Of a DNA stretch of 64,000 bases, positions 8,809-19,237 are shown piece by piece. The notes under the pieces were generated by a model, which worked only from the letters and a program-made list of their open reading frames with translations, did not search any database and was not told the origin of the DNA. Positions within the stretch are counted from its first letter, which is position 1, and each line of letters starts with the position of its first letter. The stretch covers positions 64,001 through 128,000 of the forward strand of contig BTVV01000001.1 of NCBI GenBank assembly GCA_045863855.1. Direction: 5' to 3'. The stretch is from Planctomycetota bacterium. Lineage in GTDB: Bacteria > Planctomycetota > SZUA-567 > H5-PLA8. The position numbers and the translations under genes are program-made.

Positions 8809-10875
8809 TTACCAGGCCACGGTGACGCCGCGGCCGGCGTCCCATCCCTCGGGCAGGATCAGCTCGCGGACCGCTTGCCCGTTGGCGTTCGGCCGGTCGA
8901 GGGCGAGGCGGAGGTTTCCGGATTCTTGCGCGGGTTGGGCGGCGGTGAGGCGCAGGCCGTCCGTGGTTTCGCGTAGCAGGGCCACGCAGGGGCGGTCGGC
9001 TTGGAGGCGCCAGCCGGCGGGGGCGTCGAGCGCGCCGGGCGCGTGGAAGACGGCGGCAAGGAGCTTCGCGCGGGGATCGAAGACGGCTTGGCGTTGCTCC
9101 GTGTTTTCGAGCACGCGCCAGGTCGGACCGGACGCCCACGCGGCGAGGGCGGCGGGTTCGATGCCGGGTCGCACGGCATACGCAAAGCAGACCTCTTGCG
9201 GCGCGACGCCGTGTTCGAGGCAGGCGCCGAAGATTTCGTGCGTGACGGGCCGCGGCGATTTGGCTTCGCTGATGGCCTGCCAGCTTCCGGTCTGGGGTCC
9301 GAGGATCGCGCGCCATGCGGCGGGCGCGAGGGGCACGTAGCCGATGCCGTCGTGCCAGAGCCAGCGCGCGGCGGCGAGGTCGTGTTCGCCGTGGGGCAGC
9401 GCTTGGGCGAGATCGCCGGCGTAGACGGGTCCGCGCAGAAGGCATTGATTGAGGCTGGTGCGGACGGGGTGCGGTTCGGCGCAGGCGAGTCCCGCGCCGA
9501 GGGCGACGAAGCCGTCGTCGAGGAAGACCCACGCGCGCAGTACGCGGAGGCCGCCGCGTTCGAGGCGCAGGGTTGCGACGGCGGATGTTCCGTCGCTGGC
9601 GCCGCCGGCAAAGGGGTTCGTGCCGACGCGCCCGACTTGCTTGGGGTCGAGCGGTTCGGGCGCGTGGAGGGCGGTGACGCCGGGGACGCGCTTCCAATCC
9701 CAGGCGGGGAAGATATCGCGGTACTCTTCGCCGTCGCGCAGGATGAAGGTCGCTCCGTCGGCGAGCAGGTGCGACTGCAAGCCTTCGCCGTTGCAGAGTT
9801 CGGTGTTCTTGGTGCGCGCGGAGTGGGTGCGCGCGGAGGCGTAGAAGGCGGGCCGGTGGTGGACGGTATGGTCGCTGCGCCAGAAGTGTTTGCTTCCGGT
9901 GAGCGGCGGCACTTGGTGATCGCCGGCGAGGCGCGCGGCGAACTGTGCGAATTCGGCCCGGCGGGGCACGTCGAGTTCGGCGATGCGGCGCAGCGCGGGG
10001 AGGAGCGGCAGCGCGTCCTTGCCGGCGCGGGTGAGTTCGCGGCCGGTGACGCCGTAATCGAAGACGCGGCCGCGGACGGTCCACTGCTGTCCGTCGAGGA
10101 TATAGGCGGCGAGGCGGCCGAAGGTTGCGCTCGGCATTTCGAAGCGCGTGCCGTGCGCGAGGAACGCGGCGCGCAGGCCGTCTTGCATGAAGGCGACGCC
10201 GTAGCCGCCCGTGTACAGAAGCGGGCCGTGCTGGTGGAAGCTGAGGTCGGCCTGGAGTCCTTCGGCGCCGAGCGGAGCGACGACGATCTCGGCGTAGAGG
10301 CGCTCGAAGCACGCGGCGACTTTTCCGGCGTCGCGTTCGAGGGCTCCGCCGACGAGCCGGTTGGCGGCCATCCACGAGAGGTTCGCGCCGGTCCAGCGGA
10401 TGGTGCGTTCGCCGACGCGGGTTTCGAAGTGGCTTCGCGCGACGGTGCGCAGCCCCTCGCGGAGGCGTTCGGGATCGAGTTCGCGTCGGAGCAGGACGAG
10501 GGCCTGAGCCATGGCCATCGGCGCACCGATCTGGGTCCACCACCAGTTTGCCGGGTTCTGGAAATCGTGCTCGGTCCAGTAATCGATGGCGCGGCGGGCG
10601 GCCTCGAACCGCGCGGCGCGGCGAACGGGCGCGGAGGCGTCGAAGCGGAGCGCGAAGGCGAGGGCGACCAGGCGGCGCAGATGCGTCTGCGTACTCCAGG
10701 CGACCAAGGAACGGCAGGCGTAGTCGATGTCGCTCCAGGAGCCGTCGGCGGCTTGCGCGGCGGCGGCGGCATCGGCTTCGCGAAAGTGTTCGGCGAGGCG
10801 GTTGGGATCGTCGGGGCGCCACCATTCTTCGAGGCGTACGAGGAGGGTGTCGAGGTCGGCGGCTGGTGCGGCCAT
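8809..10875 (-). CDS. polysaccharide lyase family 8 (chondroitin/hyaluronate lyase-like)
   Basis: NWWWTQIG, TGANLSW, GLQADLSFHQHGPLLYTGGYG, WDWKRVPGVT motifs. Confidence 0.9.
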   Translation of the reverse strand: MAAPAADLDTLLVRLEEWWRPDDPNRLAEHFREADAAAAAQAADGSWSDIDYACRSLVAWSTQTHLRRLVALAFALRFDASAPVRRAARFEAARRAIDYWTEHDFQNPANWWWTQIGAPMAMAQALVLLRRELDPERLREGLRTVARSHFETRVGERTIRWTGANLSWMAANRLVGGALERDAGKVAACFERLYAEIVVAPLGAEGLQADLSFHQHGPLLYTGGYGVAFMQDGLRAAFLAHGTRFEMPSATFGRLAAYILDGQQWTVRGRVFDYGVTGRELTRAGKDALPLLPALRRIAELDVPRRAEFAQFAARLAGDHQVPPLTGSKHFWRSDHTVHHRPAFYASARTHSARTKNTELCNGEGLQSHLLADGATFILRDGEEYRDIFPAWDWKRVPGVTALHAPEPLDPKQVGRVGTNPFAGGASDGTSAVATLRLERGGLRVLRAWVFLDDGFVALGAGLACAEPHPVRTSLNQCLLRGPVYAGDLAQALPHGEHDLAAARWLWHDGIGYVPLAPAAWRAILGPQTGSWQAISEAKSPRPVTHEIFGACLEHGVAPQEVCFAYAVRPGIEPAALAAWASGPTWRVLENTEQRQAVFDPRAKLLAAVFHAPGALDAPAGWRLQADRPCVALLRETTDGLRLTAAQPAQESGNLRLALDRPNANGQAVRELILPEGWDAGRGVTVAW

Positions 10876-10879
10876 GGTT

Positions 10880-11599
10880 TCAGATCCAACCTGCTTTGCG
10901 GTTGCCGAAGGCGGGCGCCGCGCCGGGGACGGGGGCGGCCCAGCGGGCGGCGTTGCAAAGGACGCGGCGCACCTGCGGATGAAAGTAGGTGGGGTAGCTC
11001 TCGTGGCCGGGTCGGAAGTAGAAGATTTTTCCCGCGCCGCGGGTCCAGCAGCAGCCGCTGCGGAAGACTTCGCCGCCGGCGAAGCTGGAGATGAAGATCA
11101 GTTCGTCGGGCTCCGGGATGTCCCAGTATTCCCCGTACATCTCTTCGCGCTCGATGACGAAATGGCCGTCGAGGCCCTGGACGATGGGGTGCTTGGGTTT
11201 GACGATCCAAAGAATCTCTTTTTCTCCGGCGTCGCGCCACTTGAGGCGGCCGGTGGTTCCCATCAAGGCGCGGAAGGGTTTGCTCTCGCAGGCCGAGTGG
11301 AGCACGATCAGGCCCATGCCGTCGAGGACGCGGTTCTGGACGCGGCGCGCGGATTCGTCGGAGACTTCGGCGTGCGCGACGTGGCTCCACCAGACCAGGA
11401 CATCGGTTTCGGCGAGGGCGGCTTCGGAGAGCCCTTGTTCGGGATCGTCGAGGCGCGCGGTTCGGAGCACGGCCGCGGGAACTTCGCTCAGCGCGCTTGC
11501 GAGCGCTCCACCGATGCCTTCGGGGTAGACGCGCCGGACGCGTTCGTCCTTCTGTTCGTGGCGGCCTTCGTTCCAGACGGTGATGCGCAAGTCGGCCAT
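10880..11599 (-). CDS. ThuA-domain (trehalose utilisation) protein
   Basis: ITVWNE..H, VYPEGI, DVLVWWSH, EEMYGE, GGEVFRSG, YFRPGHESYPTY; AGGAG RBS before ATG 11599. Confidence 0.9.
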   Translation of the reverse strand: MADLRITVWNEGRHEQKDERVRRVYPEGIGGALASALSEVPAAVLRTARLDDPEQGLSEAALAETDVLVWWSHVAHAEVSDESARRVQNRVLDGMGLIVLHSACESKPFRALMGTTGRLKWRDAGEKEILWIVKPKHPIVQGLDGHFVIEREEMYGEYWDIPEPDELIFISSFAGGEVFRSGCCWTRGAGKIFYFRPGHESYPTYFHPQVRRVLCNAARWAAPVPGAAPAFGNRKAGWI

Positions 11600-11791
11600 C
11601 GTCGCGCTCCTTCTTGAAATTACGTACTTCGTTGAAGGCACGATACCCGGCCGGGGGCCGCGGGGCTACGGCCGCCGTATACGTTACGTTTTTACTATAA
11701 TGGCTAGCTCTCTCCTATTGTGGATGCTGGGGCGCATGGGGTTAAGTGTCCTCGTGCTTCAACGCTTCCGGTTACGAAAGGAACACCCCCC

Positions 11792-12910
11792 ATGCCCGCC
11801 GCCACGCAACTCGGCCTGCTCGATCCGGCTTCGATCCAGGAGCAGTACACGGCCTTCCCGTTACTCGACGCGGCGCCCAGCGACGAGACGTACCACCGTT
11901 GCAGCGAGGCGAGCAGCGTGGAGCTGCGCGACGGTACGGTGCTGCTCGCGTACGGCCGGCACGCGGGGGCGAGCGATAACGCGGCGGGGCATGTCTGGGG
12001 CCGCACGATCGAAGCCGACGGGACGCCGCGGGCCGACGACCGGATTCTGGTCCGCTCTCCGGAAGGCGGTTTGAACGCGATGAGCCCGGCGCTGCGGCGC
12101 TTGCCCGACGGGCGGCTGGGGATGTTGTACAGCTTCCGCGTGAACGTGAAGACCGCGGAGCGTCATTTCGTGAGTTCGAAGGACGAGGGGCGGACGTGGA
12201 GCGCGCCGGCGGTGGTCGCGACGGGCGGGTACGTGACGGGCTGCCACGACCGTTTCACGGTTCATTCGAGCGGGCGTCTGATCGCTCCGCTGCACGGGAG
12301 CGAGAACTGGGATTACCACTGGCCGCAGACGAGCGTGGCGTACAGCGACGATCTGGGCGCGACGTGGACGCGGAGCGTGTCGAAGATCGAAGGGCCGAAG
12401 CTGCTGCATCCGGGCGGGCGCATCGTGGGCGAAGGCGGGTTCAACGAGCCCGGCACGGCGGAACGCGCGGACGGGAGTTTGCTGATGACGCTGCGCAGCA
12501 GCATGGGGACGCAATTTCGAAGCGAGTCGTTCGACCGCGGCGAGACGTGGAGCAGCCCGCGGAGCATGGAAGTCATGAGCCCGCGCGCGCCGGCGAACCT
12601 CACGCGGGTGCCCGGCACGGACGATCTGCTGCTGATCTATCAGCACAACTTCGACCTGAATCACATGTTCAACGGTCGGCGCCAAACCATCGTGGCGGCG
12701 CTTTCGACGGACGGCGGGCAGTCTTGGCCTTACGCTCGGCGTAAGCTGCTGGTTCACGATCCGGAATGTTCCACGGACTACCCGAGCGTGATGTACAAGG
12801 GCGGCGAGGTCTGGATTTCGATGCGCTGCAGCACGGGGCGGGAGGTGCTGCAAGGCCGGACATCGACGCGGCTGATGCGCGTGCCGCTGGATTGGCTGTA
12901 CGAGGGCTGA
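11792..12910 (+). CDS. sialidase-like BNR/Asp-box protein
   Basis: four Asp-boxes: SKDEGRTWS, SDDLGATW, SFDRGETWS, STDGGQSW; C-terminal DYPS. Confidence 0.85.
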   Translation: MPAATQLGLLDPASIQEQYTAFPLLDAAPSDETYHRCSEASSVELRDGTVLLAYGRHAGASDNAAGHVWGRTIEADGTPRADDRILVRSPEGGLNAMSPALRRLPDGRLGMLYSFRVNVKTAERHFVSSKDEGRTWSAPAVVATGGYVTGCHDRFTVHSSGRLIAPLHGSENWDYHWPQTSVAYSDDLGATWTRSVSKIEGPKLLHPGGRIVGEGGFNEPGTAERADGSLLMTLRSSMGTQFRSESFDRGETWSSPRSMEVMSPRAPANLTRVPGTDDLLLIYQHNFDLNHMFNGRRQTIVAALSTDGGQSWPYARRKLLVHDPECSTDYPSVMYKGGEVWISMRCSTGREVLQGRTSTRLMRVPLDWLYEG

Positions 12911-13077
12911 GGCGTAGATTTCGCCGGCTATGGAGCGCGCCGCGCTTGCGCAAGCGGAGGTGGCTCGGCGTACGTTCACCGCGTCCTTGCGGGACGCGAA
13001 CGGCGAACGGCCACGGCCAATCCAAGATGTGTTCCCTAACAAGCCATGGCAGGGAGGGGAACCGGCCCCAGGGGTGC

Positions 13078-14166
13078 TTACTGGCCGGTGTGCGGGTTTC
13101 CGATCTTATTGACGAGGCTTTCTTTCCGGGAGCGCTCGCGTTCGTCGCGGGTCCAGGTGCCGACTTTCTCGTTGAGCCAGGCGATCCAGACGCCCGGCAG
13201 GCTGCCGATATCTTTCTGCGCGATGACTTTCAGCGCTTCGGCGGGCGGACTGGTGGCGTTCTCGACGGTTCCGATGACGTCGCTGGTGGGCAGATGGATG
13301 GGCATGCGCGTGCCGTGCGGGCCGATGGGCAGATCGACGCGGCGGATTTCGGTGGGACCGTTGCCGGGGTTGGCGGCGTTGACGGTGGGCATGGGGATCA
13401 GGCCGGCGAGGGTCGCGAAGGCGCGGTCGTCGTTGATTTCGCGCAGCGCCAGCGCGGCGGGGGTGCGGTAGCGCGCGTCGTCGCGTACGGCGAACTGCAG
13501 AATCCATTCGACGGCGCGGTCTTCCTTCAAGGCTCGGATGGTGCGCGCGGCTTCGCGGCGGACTTCGGCGTCGGGTTCCATCATCGCGGCCCAGCCGAGC
13601 GTGACGGCGCCTTGGGCGTCGAGGGGCCCCAGATCGGTGAGCGCGCGCAGCGCGCCCATGCGCAGCTCCGGCGGCTGCTTGTTCTCGGGGCGGAGCATGG
13701 CGAGGAGGACGGGGACGGCGCGGAAGCCGAGGTCGTTGGCGCGCTTAAGGGCGGCGGCGCGGAGGTCGCGCTGCGGCGCGCCGAGGTCCTTGAGTTGCGC
13801 GACGAGCGCTTGCAGCTCGTCCGCTTCGGGCGCTTCCTTGACGGGCGGGAAGAGCGGGACGTTTCCGGCCGGCGGGTTGGCCGCGGGCGGTGCGGGCGAT
13901 TGCGGCGCTTCGGCTTTCGGTTCGGCTGCGGGCTGCGCGGCGGGTGCCGCGCCGCGCTTCAAGCTCTTGACGCGGGTCTTGGCGATGCCGCGCTGTTCGC
14001 CGCCTTCGATCGCGACGAAGTAAGCGAACTCGGTCTCGTTGACGATCCGGCCTTCGACGCGCTCGCCGCTCTTCAGTTCCAGGACGTCCGGCGCGGCGGG
14101 CGCTTCTTCGGCGGCGCACGCGCTTACGGCGGCGAGCGCAAGACCCAGTATGAGGATTATTCGCAT
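13078..14166 (-). CDS. exported HEAT-repeat protein
   Basis: signal peptide MRIILILGLALAAVSACAA; VLELKSGERVEGRIV module; HEAT-like repeats (EPDAEVRREAARTI). Confidence 0.75.
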   Translation of the reverse strand: MRIILILGLALAAVSACAAEEAPAAPDVLELKSGERVEGRIVNETEFAYFVAIEGGEQRGIAKTRVKSLKRGAAPAAQPAAEPKAEAPQSPAPPAANPPAGNVPLFPPVKEAPEADELQALVAQLKDLGAPQRDLRAAALKRANDLGFRAVPVLLAMLRPENKQPPELRMGALRALTDLGPLDAQGAVTLGWAAMMEPDAEVRREAARTIRALKEDRAVEWILQFAVRDDARYRTPAALALREINDDRAFATLAGLIPMPTVNAANPGNGPTEIRRVDLPIGPHGTRMPIHLPTSDVIGTVENATSPPAEALKVIAQKDIGSLPGVWIAWLNEKVGTWTRDERERSRKESLVNKIGNPHTGQ

Positions 14167-14279
14167 CGCACCGTCTCCTGAAGCACAGCCTACTCGTTCG
14201 CGTTCTAACGGCCACTGGGCAAGGCTCGTGGCGGCCGAATCTCGACTCCCGGCTTGACCCCCGCGCGTTCGCGGCGGTA

Positions 14280-17200
14280 CTACGGCTTCGTCTTCTTCGC
14301 TTCGCGCTGGATCCGTTCGTGGGCGGCGAGCACGTCCGGGTTCTGGCGGAAGTGCGTGTAGGCCGATTCGATGGTTTCGAGCGCTGCTTTGGTTTGGCCG
14401 GCGGCGAGGAGCGCGTCGGCGAGGGCGATGGTGATTTGGGGGTCCTGTCCGGCGGCGAGCTCCTGGGCTTTGCGCGCGGCGGCGACGGCCTTCGCGGGAT
14501 CGAACCACGCGGCGGCGGGATCGGCGCTGAGGAGTCGCACGAGCAGGAGGCGTATGTCCTGGCGGTCGGGTTTCTTGTCCAGGTAGGCGGCGTAGGCGTC
14601 GATGGCCTGCTGCATCTGGCCCGCAGCGCGGAGGGCGTCGGCGAGTCCGCGCCAAGCTTCGACGTAAGCCGGGGCGCGCTGCTGCAGCGCGCGGAAATCT
14701 TCGACGGCGGCTGCGTGCTGCCCGGCGCGGAGCCGCGATTCGGCGCGGAGGGTCAGGGCTTCGAGCGCCTGGGGGTCGAGGGCGCAGGCTTGGGCGGCGT
14801 CTTCGGCGGCTTCGGCGTGCTTATCCAGCGCCGCGTGGGCGCGCGCGCGGAGCAACCACGCTTCGCTCAGTTTGGGGTCCAGGCGGAGGGCTTCGCCGAA
14901 GGCATCGCTGGCGCTGGCCCAGTCGTTCAGCGCGAGCATGGCGCGGCCGCGCACGAGCCGCAGGCGCGCGTTTTCGGGATCCTGTTTCTGCGCGCGGTCC
15001 AGATCCTTCAGCGCTTCGCGGGGCTGGCCGAGTTCCACGGCGAGCTCGGCGTTCAGGCCCAGCGCCTTCGCGTGCTCGGGATCCAACCGCAGGACCTGGG
15101 TGAGGTCGGCGGCGGCTTCCTTGGGCTGCCCCCTGCTTCGCGCGAGGCGCGCGCGGTCGTACCAGACTTCGGTGAGGTTGCCGTTGTGCCGCAGCGCCTG
15201 GGTGAAGTGATGATGCGCGCGTTCGGGGTCTTCGAGTCCGCAGCCGGGAAATTCGAGTCCGGCGTAGATGGTGCCGGCGATCCAGTGGGCTTCCCAGAGG
15301 AAATCGGCGAGCTGGATCGCTCGCTGCGCGGAGGCGAGAGCCTGTTTGGCCGTCTCTTTGCGAGCGTCGTCCGGTGCGGCATCTTCGGCCAGGCGCCGTC
15401 CGGTGAGTACGGCGGCGAGGGCTCGGCCCAGGAGGCTGTACGCATTGCGCGGATCGACGTCGGCGGCTTTCTGGTAGTAATCGCGGGCGAGGCCGGTGTC
15501 GTAGAGCAAGCGCCAGGCGATATCGCCGCAGTTGAGTAGCGCGCGGGGGTCGCCGCGCGGAGCGAGCTTGTCGGCGGTCTCGAAGGCGATGATCGCTTCC
15601 TTGGCGTCTTCGTTGCTGCCGAGCATGCGGTGGGCTTCGCCGGAAAGGTAGTAGGCGCGCGCGACGACCGGCGAGTGCGGCGGGAGGTTGCCCAGTGCGT
15701 ACTTGAGTTTCTCGAGGGCCACGGCGGGGAGGTTGCGCGCGAGGAGTTCTTCGGCGTCGGTCAGTTGCGGATAGGTCTGGGCGAGTAGCCGCGCTTCCTC
15801 GACGGTGCGCGCTTCGGCCAGGAGCTTGTCTCGTTCGGCCTGGACCTTGGCGGCTTCGGCTTCTCCGCGCTTGCGTTCGGCTTCCAGGGCTTTGGATTCT
15901 TCTGCGCGCAGGCGCTGGACGGCGGCTTCGCGCGCTTCGGCTTCGACGGCGCGTTCGGTGGCGAGGGCTTGCATCCACCAGAGGGCGGTGGCGGCGCCGA
16001 GCGAGATGGTCACGGCGGCGGCGGCGGCGGTGGCGATCAGCGCGCCGTGACGCCGGACGATGCGCGCGGCTCGGTCGAGGAGCGTGTCGCGGCGCGCGCT
16101 GACGGGCTTGTCGTCGAGCACCGCGCGTACGTCCTGCAAAAGCGCCAGGGCGCTGGGGTAGCGTTCGGCGGGGTCGAGGGCCAGGGCTTTCATGACCACG
16201 GCTTTGAGAGGCGCGCCGACTTTGGGGCGCGCGCCGCCGGGCTTGGGCCAGGTCACGGGCTCGGTGGCGATCTTGCGCATCAGGGTGCGCGTGTCGGCTT
16301 CGAGGTGCGGGGGGCGGTAGTTGAGGATCTCGAAGAGGATCACGCCAAGGCTGTAGACGTCGCTGCGCGGCGAGAGGGCCGAGGTTTCGCCGGCGGCCTG
16401 TTCGGGGGCCATGTATTCGGGCGTGCCGGCCACCATACCCGCCGCGGATTCGAGTTCGCGGTCGCGGACGGTCTTGACGCCATCGGCGGTGGAGCGGACG
16501 CGCTTGGGCGGCGTATCGGGCGCGAAGCTCAGGAGCCCCGCCGTTTTCGTCGCCGGGGCGTGGAGCAGCTTGGCGAGGCCCCAGTCCATGACCTGCACTT
16601 CGCCGAAGTCGCCGATCATCACGTTGGAGGGTTTGAGGTCGCGGTGCAGGACGCCGCGCGCGTGGGCGAAGGCCACGGCCTGGCAGATCTCGCAGAAGAT
16701 ACGCAGCAAGCGCGAGAGCGGATACTCGCGCTGCGTGCGCGCTTCGCTCTTGCGCAGGTCCATCAGGATGTCGGAGAGCGCGCGCCCGCGGACGAGCTTC
16801 ATGACGAAGTACGGCCGGCCGCGTTCGTCGGCGCCGATCTCGTGGATCGGGACGATGTTGGGATGTTCGAGCTGGCCGGTGACCTGAGCTTCGGCGACGA
16901 AGCGCAGGCCTTCGCCTTCGGTGGGGAGGGCGGTGCGGATCAGCTTGAGGGCGACTTCGCGGTCGAGATCGACCTGGCGCGCTTTGTAGACGACACCCAT
17001 GCCGCCGCGTCCAATCTCTTCGAGGAGTTCGTAATGCTTGATGCGGCGGGGGAGCGCTTCGTGTTCCGGGCCCTTGGGGGCGGGCCGCTTGCGCGGATCG
17101 CCGGGCGTGGCTTCGGTTTCGTGGGCGCGTTCGACGAGTTTTGCGGCGAGGGCGCCGGGAATCAGCATCTGGCAGTGCGCGCAGACCGATTCCACCTGCG

Positions 17201-17330
17201 CCTCCAGCGTGAGCGGCTGGCGGCACTCCGGGCAAGCCACGGTGGCACGCATAAGCTGCGGCGTAACGCGCTCCCCAGCCCCGGCCGGCGCCTCCGCCGG
17301 AGGCTGCGTCAGTAAGCCCCGTCGAACCAT
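14280..17330 (-). CDS. Ser/Thr protein kinase with N-terminal Zn ribbon, hydrophobic helix and many TPRs
   Basis: GRGGMG, VALK, HRDLKPSN, DWG, GTPEYMAPE; CPEC/CAHC; TPR array; true start may be 17252. Confidence 0.92.
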   Translation of the reverse strand: MVRRGLLTQPPAEAPAGAGERVTPQLMRATVACPECRQPLTLEAQVESVCAHCQMLIPGALAAKLVERAHETEATPGDPRKRPAPKGPEHEALPRRIKHYELLEEIGRGGMGVVYKARQVDLDREVALKLIRTALPTEGEGLRFVAEAQVTGQLEHPNIVPIHEIGADERGRPYFVMKLVRGRALSDILMDLRKSEARTQREYPLSRLLRIFCEICQAVAFAHARGVLHRDLKPSNVMIGDFGEVQVMDWGLAKLLHAPATKTAGLLSFAPDTPPKRVRSTADGVKTVRDRELESAAGMVAGTPEYMAPEQAAGETSALSPRSDVYSLGVILFEILNYRPPHLEADTRTLMRKIATEPVTWPKPGGARPKVGAPLKAVVMKALALDPAERYPSALALLQDVRAVLDDKPVSARRDTLLDRAARIVRRHGALIATAAAAAVTISLGAATALWWMQALATERAVEAEAREAAVQRLRAEESKALEAERKRGEAEAAKVQAERDKLLAEARTVEEARLLAQTYPQLTDAEELLARNLPAVALEKLKYALGNLPPHSPVVARAYYLSGEAHRMLGSNEDAKEAIIAFETADKLAPRGDPRALLNCGDIAWRLLYDTGLARDYYQKAADVDPRNAYSLLGRALAAVLTGRRLAEDAAPDDARKETAKQALASAQRAIQLADFLWEAHWIAGTIYAGLEFPGCGLEDPERAHHHFTQALRHNGNLTEVWYDRARLARSRGQPKEAAADLTQVLRLDPEHAKALGLNAELAVELGQPREALKDLDRAQKQDPENARLRLVRGRAMLALNDWASASDAFGEALRLDPKLSEAWLLRARAHAALDKHAEAAEDAAQACALDPQALEALTLRAESRLRAGQHAAAVEDFRALQQRAPAYVEAWRGLADALRAAGQMQQAIDAYAAYLDKKPDRQDIRLLLVRLLSADPAAAWFDPAKAVAAARKAQELAAGQDPQITIALADALLAAGQTKAALETIESAYTHFRQNPDVLAAHERIQREAKKTKP

Positions 17331-17569
17331 AGCCGCCGCTCACCACCATTAAGGAGACGCGTACGGAGCCCTAACGGACTCCAGACCCGCGCCTATAATG
17401 GGCGAGCCGCACGCCCGCGGCCTTAGAACCAATCGTAAGTGTATGTCAGATCAAGAGAAAGGCAATCCGATAGGTCCGTTGGGAATGGCGGGTGAGCGGG
17501 GTACGAGGTGCGTGATAGGATGCCTTCAAGCGGCGCGGGGCGCGCCGGACCGGGGAGCGACGAGCGAGC

Positions 17570-18139
17570 GTGGGCGCAGCGCAGGCGGAGATATACGTCA
17601 GCACCGACGTCGAGACGGACGGCCCGATCCCGGGACCGTACTCGATGCTGAGCGTGGGGTCGGCGGCGTACGATGCCGCGGGGACGCTGTTGGGGACGTT
17701 CAGCGCGAACCTGGAGACGCTGCCCGGGGCGGGGGCCGACGCGGATACGGCGGCGTGGTGGCGGAAGTTTCCCGAGGCGTGGGCGGCGTGCCGCTCCGAT
17801 TTGCAGAAGCCCGAGGCCGCGCTGCCCGCGTACGCGGCGTGGCTGAAGGCGCTGCCGGGGAAGCCGGTCTTCGTGGCGTATCCGGCGGCGTTCGATTTCA
17901 TGTTCGTGTACTGGTACCTGATCCGCTTCGCGGGGGAGAGCCCGTTCAGCTTCGCGGCGCTGGACATGAAGACGCTGGCGATGGCGGCGCTGGATACGCC
18001 GTTCCACGAGACGAGCAAGCGGACGATGCCGAAAGATTGGTTCGGTCCGAGCAAGCACAGCCATATCGCACTGGAGGACGCGCTGGAGCAGGGGGAGTTG
18101 TTTTTCAGGATGCGGGAGGCGGCGCGGAGGAAGGCGTGA
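17570..18139 (+). CDS. DEDDh-type 3'-5' exonuclease
   Basis: STDVETDGP (ExoI), FDFMF (ExoII), HIALED (ExoIII). Confidence 0.8.
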   Translation: MGAAQAEIYVSTDVETDGPIPGPYSMLSVGSAAYDAAGTLLGTFSANLETLPGAGADADTAAWWRKFPEAWAACRSDLQKPEAALPAYAAWLKALPGKPVFVAYPAAFDFMFVYWYLIRFAGESPFSFAALDMKTLAMAALDTPFHETSKRTMPKDWFGPSKHSHIALEDALEQGELFFRMREAARRKA

Positions 18140-18247
18140 GGCGTAATGACCGGCTCGTTTCCTGTAGCGCTATTCCGAATTCCACGTCACCTGTCGCTTA
18201 CGCGTTCACCGTTGACTCCTGCGGATGACTCTTTACTTTTGCTCACC

Positions 18248-19153
18248 ATGCAACGCATCCCGAAAGACCTTCTCTACTTCGAAACCGGCCCGGACAACCC
18301 GGTCACGCATCGGGTAAAGCTGGGCGAGGCGTTCGAGGTCCAGACGCAGATCAACCGCGGGCCGTGGATCGAGACGCTGCCCGAGGCCGAGCGCGCGCAC
18401 TGGCGCGAGAAGCTCTACGGCGGAAACCCGTCGAGCGGGTGCGTGTACGTCGAGGGCGTGAAGGCGGGGGATCTGTTGAAGGTCGAGATCGGGCCGATCG
18501 AGCTGGACCCGGTGGCGTACACGCGCTTCGGCGGGCAGAACGGCGCGATGCCGGGCTGGCTGGACGTCGGCGCGCACGAGAAGCTGGTCGAGGTGAAGGA
18601 CGGGAAGATCCGCTGGAGCGAGTCGCTGACGCTGGACGCGCGGCCGATGCTGGGCTTCGTGGGGGTTTCGCCCGAGCGCGAGCGCTTCCACAACGGCTGG
18701 GGCGGGACGTGGGGCGGGAACCTCGACGCGCAGGAAGTGACGAGCGGCTGCACGCTGATGCTAAAGGCGAACCTCGACGGCGCGCACCTGCACGTGGGCG
18801 ATATGCACGCGCTGCAAGGCGACGGGGAGATCTGCGGCGCCGGCGGTTTGGAAGCCTCGGGGCGCGTGCGGCTCGTCTGCCGGGCCGCTTCGCCGGCTCC
18901 GGCGGCCATGCGCTGGCCGCGCTTCGAGGACGCGACGCACATCGGCGTGATTACGAATACGCGCCCGGCCGAAGACGCGTTTCGCGCGGCGCTCGTCGAG
19001 TTGCTCCAGTGGCTCGAGGCGGACTATAAGCTCCCGCGCGGCGAGGCGTACATGCTGCTGGGGCAGGTGCTGGAAGCGCGCGTGACGCAGTTCGTGAATC
19101 CGACGTTTACGTACGTGGCGAAGGTGGCGAAGCGGTATTTGGGCGGGACGTAG
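18248..19153 (+). CDS. acetamidase/formamidase family protein
   Basis: VYVEGVKAGDLLKVEI, PMLGFVGV, GGNLD, GDMHALQGDGEICG. Confidence 0.88.
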   Translation: MQRIPKDLLYFETGPDNPVTHRVKLGEAFEVQTQINRGPWIETLPEAERAHWREKLYGGNPSSGCVYVEGVKAGDLLKVEIGPIELDPVAYTRFGGQNGAMPGWLDVGAHEKLVEVKDGKIRWSESLTLDARPMLGFVGVSPERERFHNGWGGTWGGNLDAQEVTSGCTLMLKANLDGAHLHVGDMHALQGDGEICGAGGLEASGRVRLVCRAASPAPAAMRWPRFEDATHIGVITNTRPAEDAFRAALVELLQWLEADYKLPRGEAYMLLGQVLEARVTQFVNPTFTYVAKVAKRYLGGT

Positions 19154-19237
19154 GCGTTCGAAATTCGAATTCGAATTCAAAAGTAAAAAGTAAACAGCAG
19201 GGCGGCGGCTGCGCTTTTTATATTCCGCTTCTTTACC

